DNA of 30,161 nt from a bacterium (GTDB lineage: Bacteria; RBG-13-61-14; DATKZS01), in the NCBI GenBank assembly GCA_046484135.1, contig JAWOBU010000053.1, positions 1-30,161 on the forward strand, given 5' to 3'. The position numbers and the translations under genes were made by a program. Within the stretch, counting starts at the first letter, position 1. Every line of letters starts with the position of its first letter. The notes under the pieces were generated by a model. The model searched no databases. It saw only the letters and a list, made by a program, of their open reading frames with translations, and had not been told where the DNA came from. Shown here one piece after another: positions 15,568-24,961 of the stretch.

Positions 15568-18543
15568 ATGCCCAAGAAGTACCACGTAGAAATCAAACCG
15601 GCCCCTCCCAGGTACTCGCCGGTACCGAAGTACAGCTACTTTGAAATAGACCGGTGCTTAGGATGCCGAAGGTGCGTAAAGTACACCGCCTGCATCTATG
15701 ACGTGCATAGCAGGCGCGCGTTCGAGGCCGAACAGATGGTGGACACCGGCGACAACCTTTGCGTGAACTGCTTCCGGTGCCTCCAGGAATGCAAGAACAA
15801 CATAATGTCCCGGGCAATAAACCCCCGCTACCAGCGGCTCGGCAACCATTACTGGACGCCCGACATCGTAAGCCGCATCTGGAGCCAGGCCGAGACCGGA
15901 AAGATACCCGTCTCCGGAGCAGGATACCGGGGGCCCTTCACCGGTCCCGGCTTCGACTCTATGTGGACCGACATGTCCGAGATCGTAAGGCCCACCCGCG
16001 ACGGCATCCACGGCCGCGAGTACATAAGCACTATGGTCGAGCTGGGAAGAAAACTTCCCCATCTCACCTTCAACGAAAACAATGAGCTCGAGAAAGTCCC
16101 GCCGCCCCTGCAAAGGATATCCATACCCGTCCTCCTGGACATCCCCCATTTCGGCCGCCACATGACAGAAACCGCCCGGCGGGCCATGGCCAGGGGCGCA
16201 GCCGACCTGGAAACACTGGCGGTGGCAGAGTACGCCGAAGCGACGAGCTTTCTGGAGGACCATAAGCCCAACCTCGTCATCAAGCTCGACCCGGAAAAAC
16301 AAGACCTGAAAGGCCTGGCAGGAGCGCCTGCCGCAGAACTGCCGTTTTCAGACAATGTAGTTAAGCACCTGGAAAACATTCAGGCCGAGCATCCCGGCAT
16401 GGTGCTTTCGGTACGCCTTCCGCTGGACAGCCTCGCCTCTGACCGGGCAGTAGAGCTAACGCGGAAGGGCGCGGGCGTGCTTCATCTTTGCGCCGGACCG
16501 AACGGCGAAGGACAGAACGGCAAGGGCGACGTTTTTATCATTGACCTGGTGCGGGAAGTCCACAACGCGCTGGTGGACAACTCCCTCCGGGAAGAGGTGT
16601 CCGTTATAGCGGGCGGCGGCATTGCCATGGCCGAGCACATGGCCAAGATCATCATCTGCGGCGCGGACGCAGCCGCGGTCGAGCTTGCTCCCCTGGCGGC
16701 CCTGGAATGCCGGCTGTGCCGCGACTGCGAAGAGCAGGCGACATGTCCTGTAAGGATAGACCTGGTGCCGGAAAAATGGGGGGCCCAGCGGATCGTGAAC
16801 CTGTTGGGCGCCTGGCACTCCCAACTCATCGAGGTCATGGGCGCCATGGGAATGCGGGAGGTGAGAAGGCTTCGCGGCGAAGTGGGCCGGGCCATGTTCT
16901 TTGCCGACCTCGAGCGGGAGAACTTCGCGCCCTTGTTCGGAGAGCGAAAAGAGCCGCGGCTTTCTTCCGGAAACCCCGGCCTGGACGCTGCCGCCCGGCA
17001 GGAAGTGAAAACTCCCATGCCCTCGCCTTCGGCCAAAGAACCGTTTAAGTCAAGGGACGGTGAACTGCCGGCAAAAGAGTGCCCGTCCCGCTATCGGAAC
17101 CGGCTTTCCAGGTACGAGGTCATCATAACCTCGAACTGCAACCAGTGCGGGGAATGCGTGGACGCCTGCAAGTACGATGTGTTCGAGGCCACGGGCGGGT
17201 ATCTTCTGTCTCCACGTGCTTTCCGGTGCGTGGGAGAGGAGCGCTGCCGGTCCGAAGGTTCCTTATGCACGAACGTCTGCCCGGAAGACGCAATCCGGAT
17301 CGGGCCCAATCCTCTCTGGCAGACGTTTGGGGACCCGCGCTGGACCGCGGACATGATCGTGTCCACCTGGAGACAGGCGGAGACCGGCTATCCGCCTGAA
17401 GGCGCAGGAATAGAGTACAAGACCGGAAACTCCGGAGGCGGCTTCGACCGGATAGACTTTATCTTTCCCGACCAGCCTCCCGATCCGGACTTGAAACCGG
17501 AAGAGACGGACCTGCGGATCCCCTTGAACCGGAGGAAAGACTCGAAGCGTCCCGAGGTGGAGATCGGCTTCCCGGTTTACGGCGGCGGCATGAGCTTCGG
17601 GTCCATCAGTCTTACTACCATGCTATCCCGTGCCCGCGCTTACGAAGCGTTCGAATCGTTTACCTGCACCGGCGAGGGCGGATACCCGGACGAGCTTACC
17701 GAGTATGACGACGCTGTCATCACCCAGGTTGCCACCGGCCTGTTCGGGGTGCGCGAAGAGACCATCCAGCGGGTCCGCATGGTCGAGTTCAAGTACGCGC
17801 AAGGGGCCAAGCCCGGACTGGGCGGTCATCTTCTCGGCGACAAAGTAACGCCCGCGGTGGCCAGGATGCGCGAAGCAGTGGAAGGTAGCGCGCTCTTCTC
17901 GCCCTTCCCTTTCCATTCCGTGTACTCGGTGGAAGACCACAAAAAGCACGTGGACTGGATAAAAGAGATTAACAAAAAAGCGCTGGTGTCGGTAAAGGTG
18001 TCAACGCCCACTGACGTGGACATGGTGGCGGTGGGAAGCTATTACGCGGGAGCACACATAGTCCACATAGACGGCAGCTATGGGGGTACGGGCGCGGCGC
18101 CGGACATTGCCAAGAAGAACATCGCCATGCCCATAGAGTACGCCATCAACAAGGTCCACCAGTTCCTGGTGGAAGAAGGGGTCCGGGACCAGATGACATT
18201 GGTGGCGAGCGGCGGCATCCGGACGGCCTGGGACATTGCCAAGGCCATTGCCCTGGGCGCCGACGGAGTGGTGATCGGGACCGCGGAGATGGTGGCACTC
18301 GAATGTATAAGGTGCGGAAACTGCGAGAGCGGCAGGGGATGTCCGCGCGGCATCGCAACCACCGACCCGGAGCTGTCATCCGCCTACTCGACCGAGTGGG
18401 CCACTCAAAGACTTGTAAACCTGTTCCACTCCTATGCGCTCCAGCTCCAGGAGATACTCTGGCGCCTCGGAATGAAAAGCGTGAAAGAGCTGGTGGGAAG
18501 GACGGACGTGCTCTGCCACCGCGACTACGAGAAAAACGGATGA
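15568..18543 (+). CDS. Glutamate synthase FMN-domain protein (archaeal GltB2-like) with an internal duplication of a ferredoxin + FMN-barrel unit
   Basis: The C-terminal half has GGMSFGS, TGEGG, QVATGLFGV, KYAQGAKPGLGGHL, DGSYGGTGAAP and SGGIR...ALGAD. Each half begins with CxxCxxC ferredoxin motifs and ends with ECxxCxxC-x5-CP. Confidence 0.92.
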   Translation: MPKKYHVEIKPAPPRYSPVPKYSYFEIDRCLGCRRCVKYTACIYDVHSRRAFEAEQMVDTGDNLCVNCFRCLQECKNNIMSRAINPRYQRLGNHYWTPDIVSRIWSQAETGKIPVSGAGYRGPFTGPGFDSMWTDMSEIVRPTRDGIHGREYISTMVELGRKLPHLTFNENNELEKVPPPLQRISIPVLLDIPHFGRHMTETARRAMARGAADLETLAVAEYAEATSFLEDHKPNLVIKLDPEKQDLKGLAGAPAAELPFSDNVVKHLENIQAEHPGMVLSVRLPLDSLASDRAVELTRKGAGVLHLCAGPNGEGQNGKGDVFIIDLVREVHNALVDNSLREEVSVIAGGGIAMAEHMAKIIICGADAAAVELAPLAALECRLCRDCEEQATCPVRIDLVPEKWGAQRIVNLLGAWHSQLIEVMGAMGMREVRRLRGEVGRAMFFADLERENFAPLFGERKEPRLSSGNPGLDAAARQEVKTPMPSPSAKEPFKSRDGELPAKECPSRYRNRLSRYEVIITSNCNQCGECVDACKYDVFEATGGYLLSPRAFRCVGEERCRSEGSLCTNVCPEDAIRIGPNPLWQTFGDPRWTADMIVSTWRQAETGYPPEGAGIEYKTGNSGGGFDRIDFIFPDQPPDPDLKPEETDLRIPLNRRKDSKRPEVEIGFPVYGGGMSFGSISLTTMLSRARAYEAFESFTCTGEGGYPDELTEYDDAVITQVATGLFGVREETIQRVRMVEFKYAQGAKPGLGGHLLGDKVTPAVARMREAVEGSALFSPFPFHSVYSVEDHKKHVDWIKEINKKALVSVKVSTPTDVDMVAVGSYYAGAHIVHIDGSYGGTGAAPDIAKKNIAMPIEYAINKVHQFLVEEGVRDQMTLVASGGIRTAWDIAKAIALGADGVVIGTAEMVALECIRCGNCESGRGCPRGIATTDPELSSAYSTEWATQRLVNLFHSYALQLQEILWRLGMKSVKELVGRTDVLCHRDYEKNG

Positions 18544-18605
18544 TGATAAAGGATGGCCCACACAACTTGTTGTGTGGGTGATCGTATCATTAATGTGGCG
18601 CGTAA

Positions 18606-21254
18606 ATGAAAAACTCAGTATTTAGGACAGACAAGATGGCTGCAAAAGATTACGAGATGATGAGAAGATTAATAGCCTCCAGGGAGAGGCTGGTGCGTGG
18701 CAGGAGCCTTTCCCTTCACAAAGAAGCTGAGGAAGGCGGATGCGGGGTCGTGGGGTTTGCAGCTTCGGTGCCCATCCGCGGCAGGCACATATTCGAGCCT
18801 TCCATCCAGATGCATAACCGCGGGAACGGCAAAGGCGGCGGCATCGCACTCTCCGGCCTGAACCCGGTCCAGCTCGGCGTTACCGAAGAGACCTTGCGCG
18901 ACTCCTACATGATCCAGCTCGCTCTGTTCGACGAGGACGCCGAAGCAGCCGCGGAAAAGGAGTTCATCGAGCCTTACCTCGAGGTCCACAAGAAAAAGCC
19001 CATCGAGGCGGTGGCTGACTGGAAAGACCTCGATCTTCCCATCGAGCCGCCCGCGGTAACCCGCTACTTCGCCCGCGTCAAGGAAAATGTTCTCGATAAG
19101 TTCGCGGACGAGCACGGCCTTGCCGAGCTCTCCGCCCGCGAGCTGGAGGACGAGTTCATCTATCAGAACAGCGCCGCCTTGAACCGGCAATTCTACTCGT
19201 CGCTCGGCGAGAAGCGTGCTTTTGTGCTCTCCCACGGCCGGGACCTCGCCGTCTTCAAAATCGTGGGATACGCCGAAAACGTGGTCCAGTATTACGGACT
19301 CGAAGACGTGGAAGCACAGGTATGGATCGCACACCAGCGCTATCCCACCAAGGGCAGGGTATGGCATCCAGCGGGCTCTCATCCGTTCATGGGCATGAAC
19401 GAGGCGCTGGTCCACAACGGCGACTTTGCCAATTACTTCGCGGTGTCCGAGTACCTGAAGCAGCACAACATCATGCCCCAGTTTTTGACCGACACCGAAG
19501 TATCGGTCCAGCTATTCGACCTGTGGCGCCGGACCTATAAATATCCGCTCGAGTACGTGATCGAGGCCATGGCCCCCACCGGCGAAGCTGACTTCGACCG
19601 GCTTTCCGCGGACAAGCAGGAGGTCTACAAACAAATCCAGGCCCTGCACGTGCACGGCTCGCCGGACGGTCCCTGGTTCTTTATCCTGGCCCGCAGCAAC
19701 CCCGACCAAAACCGGTTCCGGCTTCTCGGCATCACGGACACCTCCATGCTCCGGCCCCAGGTGTTCGCGCTCCAGGAAGGGGACGTAAGCATTGGACTGG
19801 TTGCCTCGGAGAAGCAGGCCATTGACGCTACCTTGAAGTCGCTAAACCAGGAGGACAAGCGCTTCCGGCTGGTTGCCGACCGCTACTGGAACGCGCGGGG
19901 AGGAAGCCACACCGACGGCGGAGCTTTCTCCTTTACAGTGGAAAGAAACAACGGCACCTGCAAGCTCCTTTGCGCGGACAAGTTCGGAAAGCCCATAACC
20001 GCGCCACCGGGAGACTACAGGATTGACCTGGAAGCCGACCCGGAAGAGCCCAAAGACGCAGACGAGTTTATAAGCTCACTTCAACAGGAGCTGGAAAAAG
20101 GCGACGTAAGCTCGGCCTATGCAAAGTGCGCGGCCAGGATAGAAGAGCTCAACATAAACGGCCTACGCTGGCTGGTGCGCGCAGTGGTCATGGCCGCAAA
20201 CCGGAACGACGGCTTAAGGCTCTCCTGCCTGGACCTGCTCTCCCGCTTGAACGATCGGCGTTACAACTGCGGAGACCTGCGCCGCTCCTCGGTCCTCCAG
20301 GTGGTGCGCGACGGCATCGGCTGCATCCTGGACGCGGCGCCTCCCATAAACGAGGACCGCCGGGGAAGCGTGCGCATGATAGACTGGGACATGCGCTCCG
20401 GCCTGCGCCCTCCCCGGCAAGACGAGCAAGCCCTTGCCATCTTCGGCCGCGACTTTCCGCCTGAAGGTGACGATTGCGACGCGCTGTTAGGAGTCGAGGC
20501 TTACAGACAAGGCTGGCGCCGGCTGATTTACTACGGCTTGGTAGGACAGCGTTTTCACGGCTGCGGTTTCGGTCCCGCTACTCATGGACTTCGCATTGAC
20601 GTTTACGGCAGCTCGGGCGATTACCTGGCCTCCGGCATTGACGGCATGGAGGTTCACGTGCACGACAACGGCCAGGACCAGATGGGCCAGATACTCAAAA
20701 GCGGCAAGCTGGTGGTTTACGGCGACGTGGGCCAGGCCTTTATGTACGGGGCCAAGGGAGGCTCGATCTACATCATGGGCAATGCCGCGGGCCGGCCCCT
20801 CATCAACGCCGCGGGTCGGCCGCGTGTGGTCATCAACGGCACCTGCCTGGACTTCCTGGCCGAGTCCTTCATGGCCGGAGACCCCTTAAAAGGCGGCGGC
20901 TTCGTGGTCTTGAACGGGATCGCGTTCGACGACCGCGGCAGGGTGGTGGAACAAGAGACCCCTTACCCCGGCTCGAACCTGTTTTCCCTGGCTTCCGGCG
21001 GGGCCATCTACGTCCGGGACCCGCATCACAAGCTCATGGATGAGCAGTTGAACGGCGGGGTTTTCACCGAACTCTCCGAGGATGACTGGAGGCTTATCCT
21101 GCCGTACCTCGAGGAGAACGAAAAGCTCTTCGGGATTTCCATAGAGGACGACCTGCTCACGGTGGACGGAGAGAAGAGGTCCTTCAAACAGGTCTACCGC
21201 AAGGTCCGGGCAGTGAAGCTTACCGTGCTCGCCAAAACCGAGGTGCCGGAGTAG
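18606..21254 (+). CDS. Glutamate synthase class-II glutamine amidotransferase domain fused to the C-terminal GXGXG domain (GltB1+GltB3-like); start may be 18636 or 18657
   Basis: EEGG/CGVVG (Cys codon at 18741), MHNRGNG, AHQRYPT, HPF, LVHNGD, TDTE, DGP and D..MLRP, followed by GXGXG-type repeats (GDYLASG, GQAFMYGAKGG, GNAAGRP, FLAESFMAG). Confidence 0.9.
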   Translation: MKNSVFRTDKMAAKDYEMMRRLIASRERLVRGRSLSLHKEAEEGGCGVVGFAASVPIRGRHIFEPSIQMHNRGNGKGGGIALSGLNPVQLGVTEETLRDSYMIQLALFDEDAEAAAEKEFIEPYLEVHKKKPIEAVADWKDLDLPIEPPAVTRYFARVKENVLDKFADEHGLAELSARELEDEFIYQNSAALNRQFYSSLGEKRAFVLSHGRDLAVFKIVGYAENVVQYYGLEDVEAQVWIAHQRYPTKGRVWHPAGSHPFMGMNEALVHNGDFANYFAVSEYLKQHNIMPQFLTDTEVSVQLFDLWRRTYKYPLEYVIEAMAPTGEADFDRLSADKQEVYKQIQALHVHGSPDGPWFFILARSNPDQNRFRLLGITDTSMLRPQVFALQEGDVSIGLVASEKQAIDATLKSLNQEDKRFRLVADRYWNARGGSHTDGGAFSFTVERNNGTCKLLCADKFGKPITAPPGDYRIDLEADPEEPKDADEFISSLQQELEKGDVSSAYAKCAARIEELNINGLRWLVRAVVMAANRNDGLRLSCLDLLSRLNDRRYNCGDLRRSSVLQVVRDGIGCILDAAPPINEDRRGSVRMIDWDMRSGLRPPRQDEQALAIFGRDFPPEGDDCDALLGVEAYRQGWRRLIYYGLVGQRFHGCGFGPATHGLRIDVYGSSGDYLASGIDGMEVHVHDNGQDQMGQILKSGKLVVYGDVGQAFMYGAKGGSIYIMGNAAGRPLINAAGRPRVVINGTCLDFLAESFMAGDPLKGGGFVVLNGIAFDDRGRVVEQETPYPGSNLFSLASGGAIYVRDPHHKLMDEQLNGGVFTELSEDDWRLILPYLEENEKLFGISIEDDLLTVDGEKRSFKQVYRKVRAVKLTVLAKTEVPE

Positions 21255-21287
21255 GGCAACGCCCGCACAAATGGAATACCTGAAAAC

Positions 21288-21965
21288 TTACGGCAGTTCC
21301 GGCAGGTCGGTGGTTTTCACTTCGTAATGCTCGGGCAGGCTGAAGGCGTCTTCTGGAAAGTCCGGCGAGGTATCCAGCATTTCCACGTCCAGGGAGAACA
21401 GCTTGCCGGCTTCTTTTCGGAAGACCTCGGTCCGCCGAATGGCGTTTTCCGAAGTTACATATAAAACCGTCCGTTCCGGCGAGTCGGAGGGATCAAGCTC
21501 GTACTTCACAACCCTGGTGCCTTCCAGCATCTCTTCTCCAAGCTTGACCGGTTCGGTCTTTGTTCCTTGTTTGTACGTATCGAAGGAGGGGCTAAAGCTC
21601 AGGGTTTCCGGAATAAGGGACCGGACCATTTCCTCGCTGTACTCGTAGCGAAGAGCGGTCCGGCTGTCCTCGTTCAATAAGTAGAGGTACTCCCCGTCTG
21701 CGAGTAACCGGATGCCGCCTTTCTGCCCTCCTTTTTGTACATCGAGCTCGACCCGGAGGCGCGGCTTGTCCACCATGTACTCCATGGTCATGACGCCCTG
21801 CTCCGGCGAGTCCATTCTGACCCGGTACCAGAAATGATCCATGTCCATCTCTACGGGACTTTCCAGCTTGCCGGTCTCTTTTTTCTTCTCATCAGTACAT
21901 CCCGCAACCAGTACCGCCATAAGAAGCACGGCACAGGCGGCATACAGCGGTTTCGGATTCTTCAT
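21288..21965 (-). CDS. Lipoprotein, probably of LolA-like beta fold
   Basis: Signal peptide MKNPKPLYAACAVLLMAVLVAGC with a lipobox. Motifs RLRVEL, KLGEEMLEG...VKY and FPEDAFSLPEHYEV resemble LolA-like/DUF4412-type proteins. Confidence 0.7.
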   Translation of the reverse strand: MKNPKPLYAACAVLLMAVLVAGCTDEKKKETGKLESPVEMDMDHFWYRVRMDSPEQGVMTMEYMVDKPRLRVELDVQKGGQKGGIRLLADGEYLYLLNEDSRTALRYEYSEEMVRSLIPETLSFSPSFDTYKQGTKTEPVKLGEEMLEGTRVVKYELDPSDSPERTVLYVTSENAIRRTEVFRKEAGKLFSLDVEMLDTSPDFPEDAFSLPEHYEVKTTDLPELP

Positions 21966-22150
21966 GAATCTTTTCTCCCTTCGCCGACAAGATTGTACGG
22001 GGTGATGTTCCTTGATCGTGTCCCTCTCAGAATCAGAAACTTTCAAAGGCCCCCAAAAAAATCAGAACCCCACGTAGTCTTGCATTCCATCAGGAATTCG
22101 TCAATTTCCGGGTCGAAGTACTCTTTTGCCCCCTGAATGGTGGCCAGGCC

Positions 22151-22304
22151 GCAAAGGTCAGAAACCGCAACCCTGTTTACCAAATGACGCCTCAAAATCT
22201 TCGCCTTCTCCTCCGCCGTGAATCGCTTCTGTTTCTCTCCCATACGAAAGCCTCTTTTCATGATAATTCGGGAGGCTTACTCCATTTCCAACTTACGCGA
22301 ATCA
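22151..22304 (-). mobile_element. IS3-family left-end remnant (terminal IR plus truncated OrfA)
   Basis: Minus strand starts TGATTCGCGTAAGTTGGAAATGGAG (5'-TG end). ATG at 22243 then gives MGEKQKRFTAEEKAKILRRHLVNRVAVSDLC (HTH of IS3 OrfA), and similarity stops there. Confidence 0.7.
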
Positions 22305-22323
22305 TTATTCTTTATTTGAACAA

Positions 22324-22387
22324 CAAGAAACCGTTGCGGCGTTGTGTCGTTGCGTTTAGAGCCGGGCTCGAGCCCGGCGGTCCCGGG
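22324..22387. repeat. Dispersed variant copy of the 8.9/9.1-kb repeat unit (motif C plus upstream flank)
   Basis: CGTTGCGGCGT...GCGTTTAGAGCCGGGCTCGAGCCCGGCGGTCCCGGG aligns with CGTTGCGGCGTAGCGTTTAGTGCCAGGCTGGAGCCTGGCGGTCCCGGG at 8875-8922. Confidence 0.85.
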
Positions 22388-22419
22388 AAAGAGCCGGGAG
22401 GGACAGGGCCTTTCCCCCA

Positions 22420-23730
22420 TCACCCTCCATAGTTTTCTTTGACCCACTGGAGCGCCTGCTCTCGATCCTGAACGGTCCCTTCCAGTTGTGCGTCTTCCAG
22501 TGCTTCGAGTATTTGTTTGAATCGTGGTCCGGGTTCGAGTCCCATGCTGATGAGGTCGTCTCCTGTGATGAGGCGGGGCGGTTTCAGTTCTTTTTGCTGG
22601 TTTTGGAACTCTCGTTTTTTCTTTTTGAGGAACCGGTAGTTTTCGGTGTTTCCGTGCGACGCGATGCAGTCGAGTCGGTGCAGTTCGAGGTGGAGGTCCA
22701 GGTTTTCCATGCGCAGTATTCTTTTGAGCTTGGCTTGTCTCATCTCCTTTACGTGCATGAAGCGCATGTGCTCGCGCACCAGCTCGACCACCGTGTTAAT
22801 GGTTTCGTTCGCGAACCGGAGCCTGCGGAGCAGCTTTTCGGCCATGTCCGCTCCTTTTTCCACGTGCCCGTCGAACCTGATCCTTTCCTTTACCTTGTAT
22901 GTGTGTGGCTTTCCCGCGTCGTGGAGCAGCACGCCTAGCACGAACTCGATCTTCTTGCTGTAGGGCCGTTTCATTTTTTCCAGCATGAGGAGGGTATGTT
23001 CGTACACGTCGCCTTCGGGGTGGAACTCGGGGGGTTGTTGTACGCCTTTCATGCGGGAGACCTCGGGCAGGAGCACGTCGAGCAGGCCGTAGCGGTCCAT
23101 GGCCCGGAGGCCTTCCGCGGCATTGTCCAGGAGCAGCTCGATAAGCTCGTCCTTTATCCGCTCCGCGCTCACGTCCAGGACCATGGCGGCGTGGCGGGTG
23201 ATGGCCTTGCCGGTTTCTTCTTCGATGGGGAACCCGAACCGGGACGAGAACCGGACCGCCCGGAGCATGCGCAGCTTGTCCTCCATGAAGCGGGCCTCGG
23301 GGTCGCCGATGGCCCGGATCACGCCCGCCTTCAGGTCCTTCTTGCCCCCCACGTAGTCAATGACCTTGTCGTGGACCGGGTCGTAGAACAGGCCGTTGAT
23401 GGTGAAGTCGCGGCGTCTTGCGTCCGCGCGGGCTGTGGAGAAGCGGACCCCGTCCGGCCGGCGTCCGTCCGAGTAGCCCCATTCCTCCCGGAAGGTCGCG
23501 ACCTCGTAGCTTTTGCCGCGCAGCCGCACGATAATAACCCCGAAATGTGCTCCCACCGCCAGGGTCTTCTGGAAAAGCTGCATGACCTCGTCCGGCCGGG
23601 CGTCGGTGGCCACGTCATAGTCCTTGGGCCTTTTGCCCATGAGCATGTCGCGCACGCACCCGCCCACCAGGTAGGCCTGGAAGCCGTGCTTTCGCAGTCG
23701 TCTTACTATCTTTTCGGCCTGGGATTTCAT
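22420..23730 (-). CDS. cca: CCA tRNA nucleotidyltransferase (class II) with HD domain
   Basis: YLVGGCVRDML...KDYD, EVATFR, DARRRDFTING, EDKLRMLRAVRF, VSAERI and HPEGDVYEH...LLHDAGK. Confidence 0.93.
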   Translation of the reverse strand: MKSQAEKIVRRLRKHGFQAYLVGGCVRDMLMGKRPKDYDVATDARPDEVMQLFQKTLAVGAHFGVIIVRLRGKSYEVATFREEWGYSDGRRPDGVRFSTARADARRRDFTINGLFYDPVHDKVIDYVGGKKDLKAGVIRAIGDPEARFMEDKLRMLRAVRFSSRFGFPIEEETGKAITRHAAMVLDVSAERIKDELIELLLDNAAEGLRAMDRYGLLDVLLPEVSRMKGVQQPPEFHPEGDVYEHTLLMLEKMKRPYSKKIEFVLGVLLHDAGKPHTYKVKERIRFDGHVEKGADMAEKLLRRLRFANETINTVVELVREHMRFMHVKEMRQAKLKRILRMENLDLHLELHRLDCIASHGNTENYRFLKKKKREFQNQQKELKPPRLITGDDLISMGLEPGPRFKQILEALEDAQLEGTVQDREQALQWVKENYGG

Positions 23731-23873
23731 ATCGGTCCGCCGGGCCGGTCCTGTTCAAGGATGTCTTTCAAATTTTGGATTGGCTTTCTTTCCGATGCTG
23801 ACAGGTTAGTTCCACCCCGGGCGTGCTCCTTTCTTTGCCGGAAAGGGTAGCAGAAGACCCGGCAAAGGGAAAC

Positions 23874-24755
23874 TCAGGCGATGGCCCTCGGGTGATAGTG
23901 CTCGTACTGCTCCTTCAGGTTCTTGATGTCCACGTGGGTGTAAATCTGGGTGCTGGATATGTCGGCGTGGCCGAGCATGGCCTGTACCGAGCGCAGGTCC
24001 GCTCCACCTTCCAGCAGATGGGTGGCAAAGCTGTGCCGGAAGGTGTGGGGAGATATCTTACCCTTTATGCCCGCGGCCAGGCAGTAGTGCTTGATCCGGT
24101 ACCACACCGCCTGCCGGGTGATGGACTTGCCCCGGCGGGACAGGAACAGGCCGGCGCCGCCGTTGCCCTTGGCCATGCTCTGCCGGCCCTTTTCCAGGTA
24201 CTGCTTGATCCAGTGGGAAGCGTTCTCCCCGATGGGAACCAGCCGCTCCTTGTCGCCTTTGCCCACCACCCGGACCACCTCGGCCTGGAGGTCCACGTCG
24301 TTCAAGGAAAGGTTGATAAGCTCGGTAACGCGCAGGCCCGCGGCATAGAGCAGCTCGAGCATGGCCCGGTCGCGGACGCCTTCCGGGACCTCGGGGTCGG
24401 GCGCGTGCAGGAGCTTGTCCATGTCCTCCTTGGAGAGCACGTCAGGCAGGCACTTGGCGAGCTTGGGCCGGTCCAGGAGCTCGGTGGGGTCCTCCTCGAT
24501 CAGGTCCTCCTCGGCAAGGTAACGGTAGTAGCCCCGCACCGAGGACATGGCCCGGGCGATGGACCGGGGTGAAATCCCCTGATCGGCAAGCCAGCCCATG
24601 TAGGCCCGCAGGTCTTCGCGTTTGACTGTTTCCGGAGAGGAACCGTCGAGCCAGGAAAAAAAACGGCAGAGGTCATGACTGTATGCCTCTACCGAGTTAC
24701 GCGACAGTCCCCGCTCCACCACCAGGTGGTCAAGGTACTCGTCCAGATAATCCAT
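23874..24755 (-). CDS. xerD: Site-specific tyrosine recombinase XerD
   Basis: VERGLSRNSVEAYSHDL, RDRAMLELLYAAGLRVTEL, GKGDKERLVP and TRQAVW...ISPHTFRHSFATHLLEGGADLRSVQAMLGHADISSTQIYTHV. Confidence 0.95.
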   Translation of the reverse strand: MDYLDEYLDHLVVERGLSRNSVEAYSHDLCRFFSWLDGSSPETVKREDLRAYMGWLADQGISPRSIARAMSSVRGYYRYLAEEDLIEEDPTELLDRPKLAKCLPDVLSKEDMDKLLHAPDPEVPEGVRDRAMLELLYAAGLRVTELINLSLNDVDLQAEVVRVVGKGDKERLVPIGENASHWIKQYLEKGRQSMAKGNGGAGLFLSRRGKSITRQAVWYRIKHYCLAAGIKGKISPHTFRHSFATHLLEGGADLRSVQAMLGHADISSTQIYTHVDIKNLKEQYEHYHPRAIA

Positions 24756-24961
24756 TCTTTCCGCCTCCGCATTCGCATTCGCATTACTCGCATCAGAAAC
24801 CAGAGCTTCAAATCAAGAAATCAATCACATGATACCAGAAGGGCTGAGAGAAGTCAAGTGAATGTAGAAGTGCTCCCAGTGCTGTCCAAAATATAAGACA
24901 GAGGCAAACAATTGTATCACGCAGAGGCGCAAGACGCAGAGAAGGAGGAATTTCTTTTGAG

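Noticed and set aside
23874..24755. Phage or island integrase marking an integrated element
   Set aside because: The sequence is canonical housekeeping XerD next to cca. No att site or tRNA was seen.
24768..24786. (CGCATT)3 microsatellite upstream of xerD as a phase-variation switch
   Set aside because: Only three units and outside the CDS, which is too short to support the claim.
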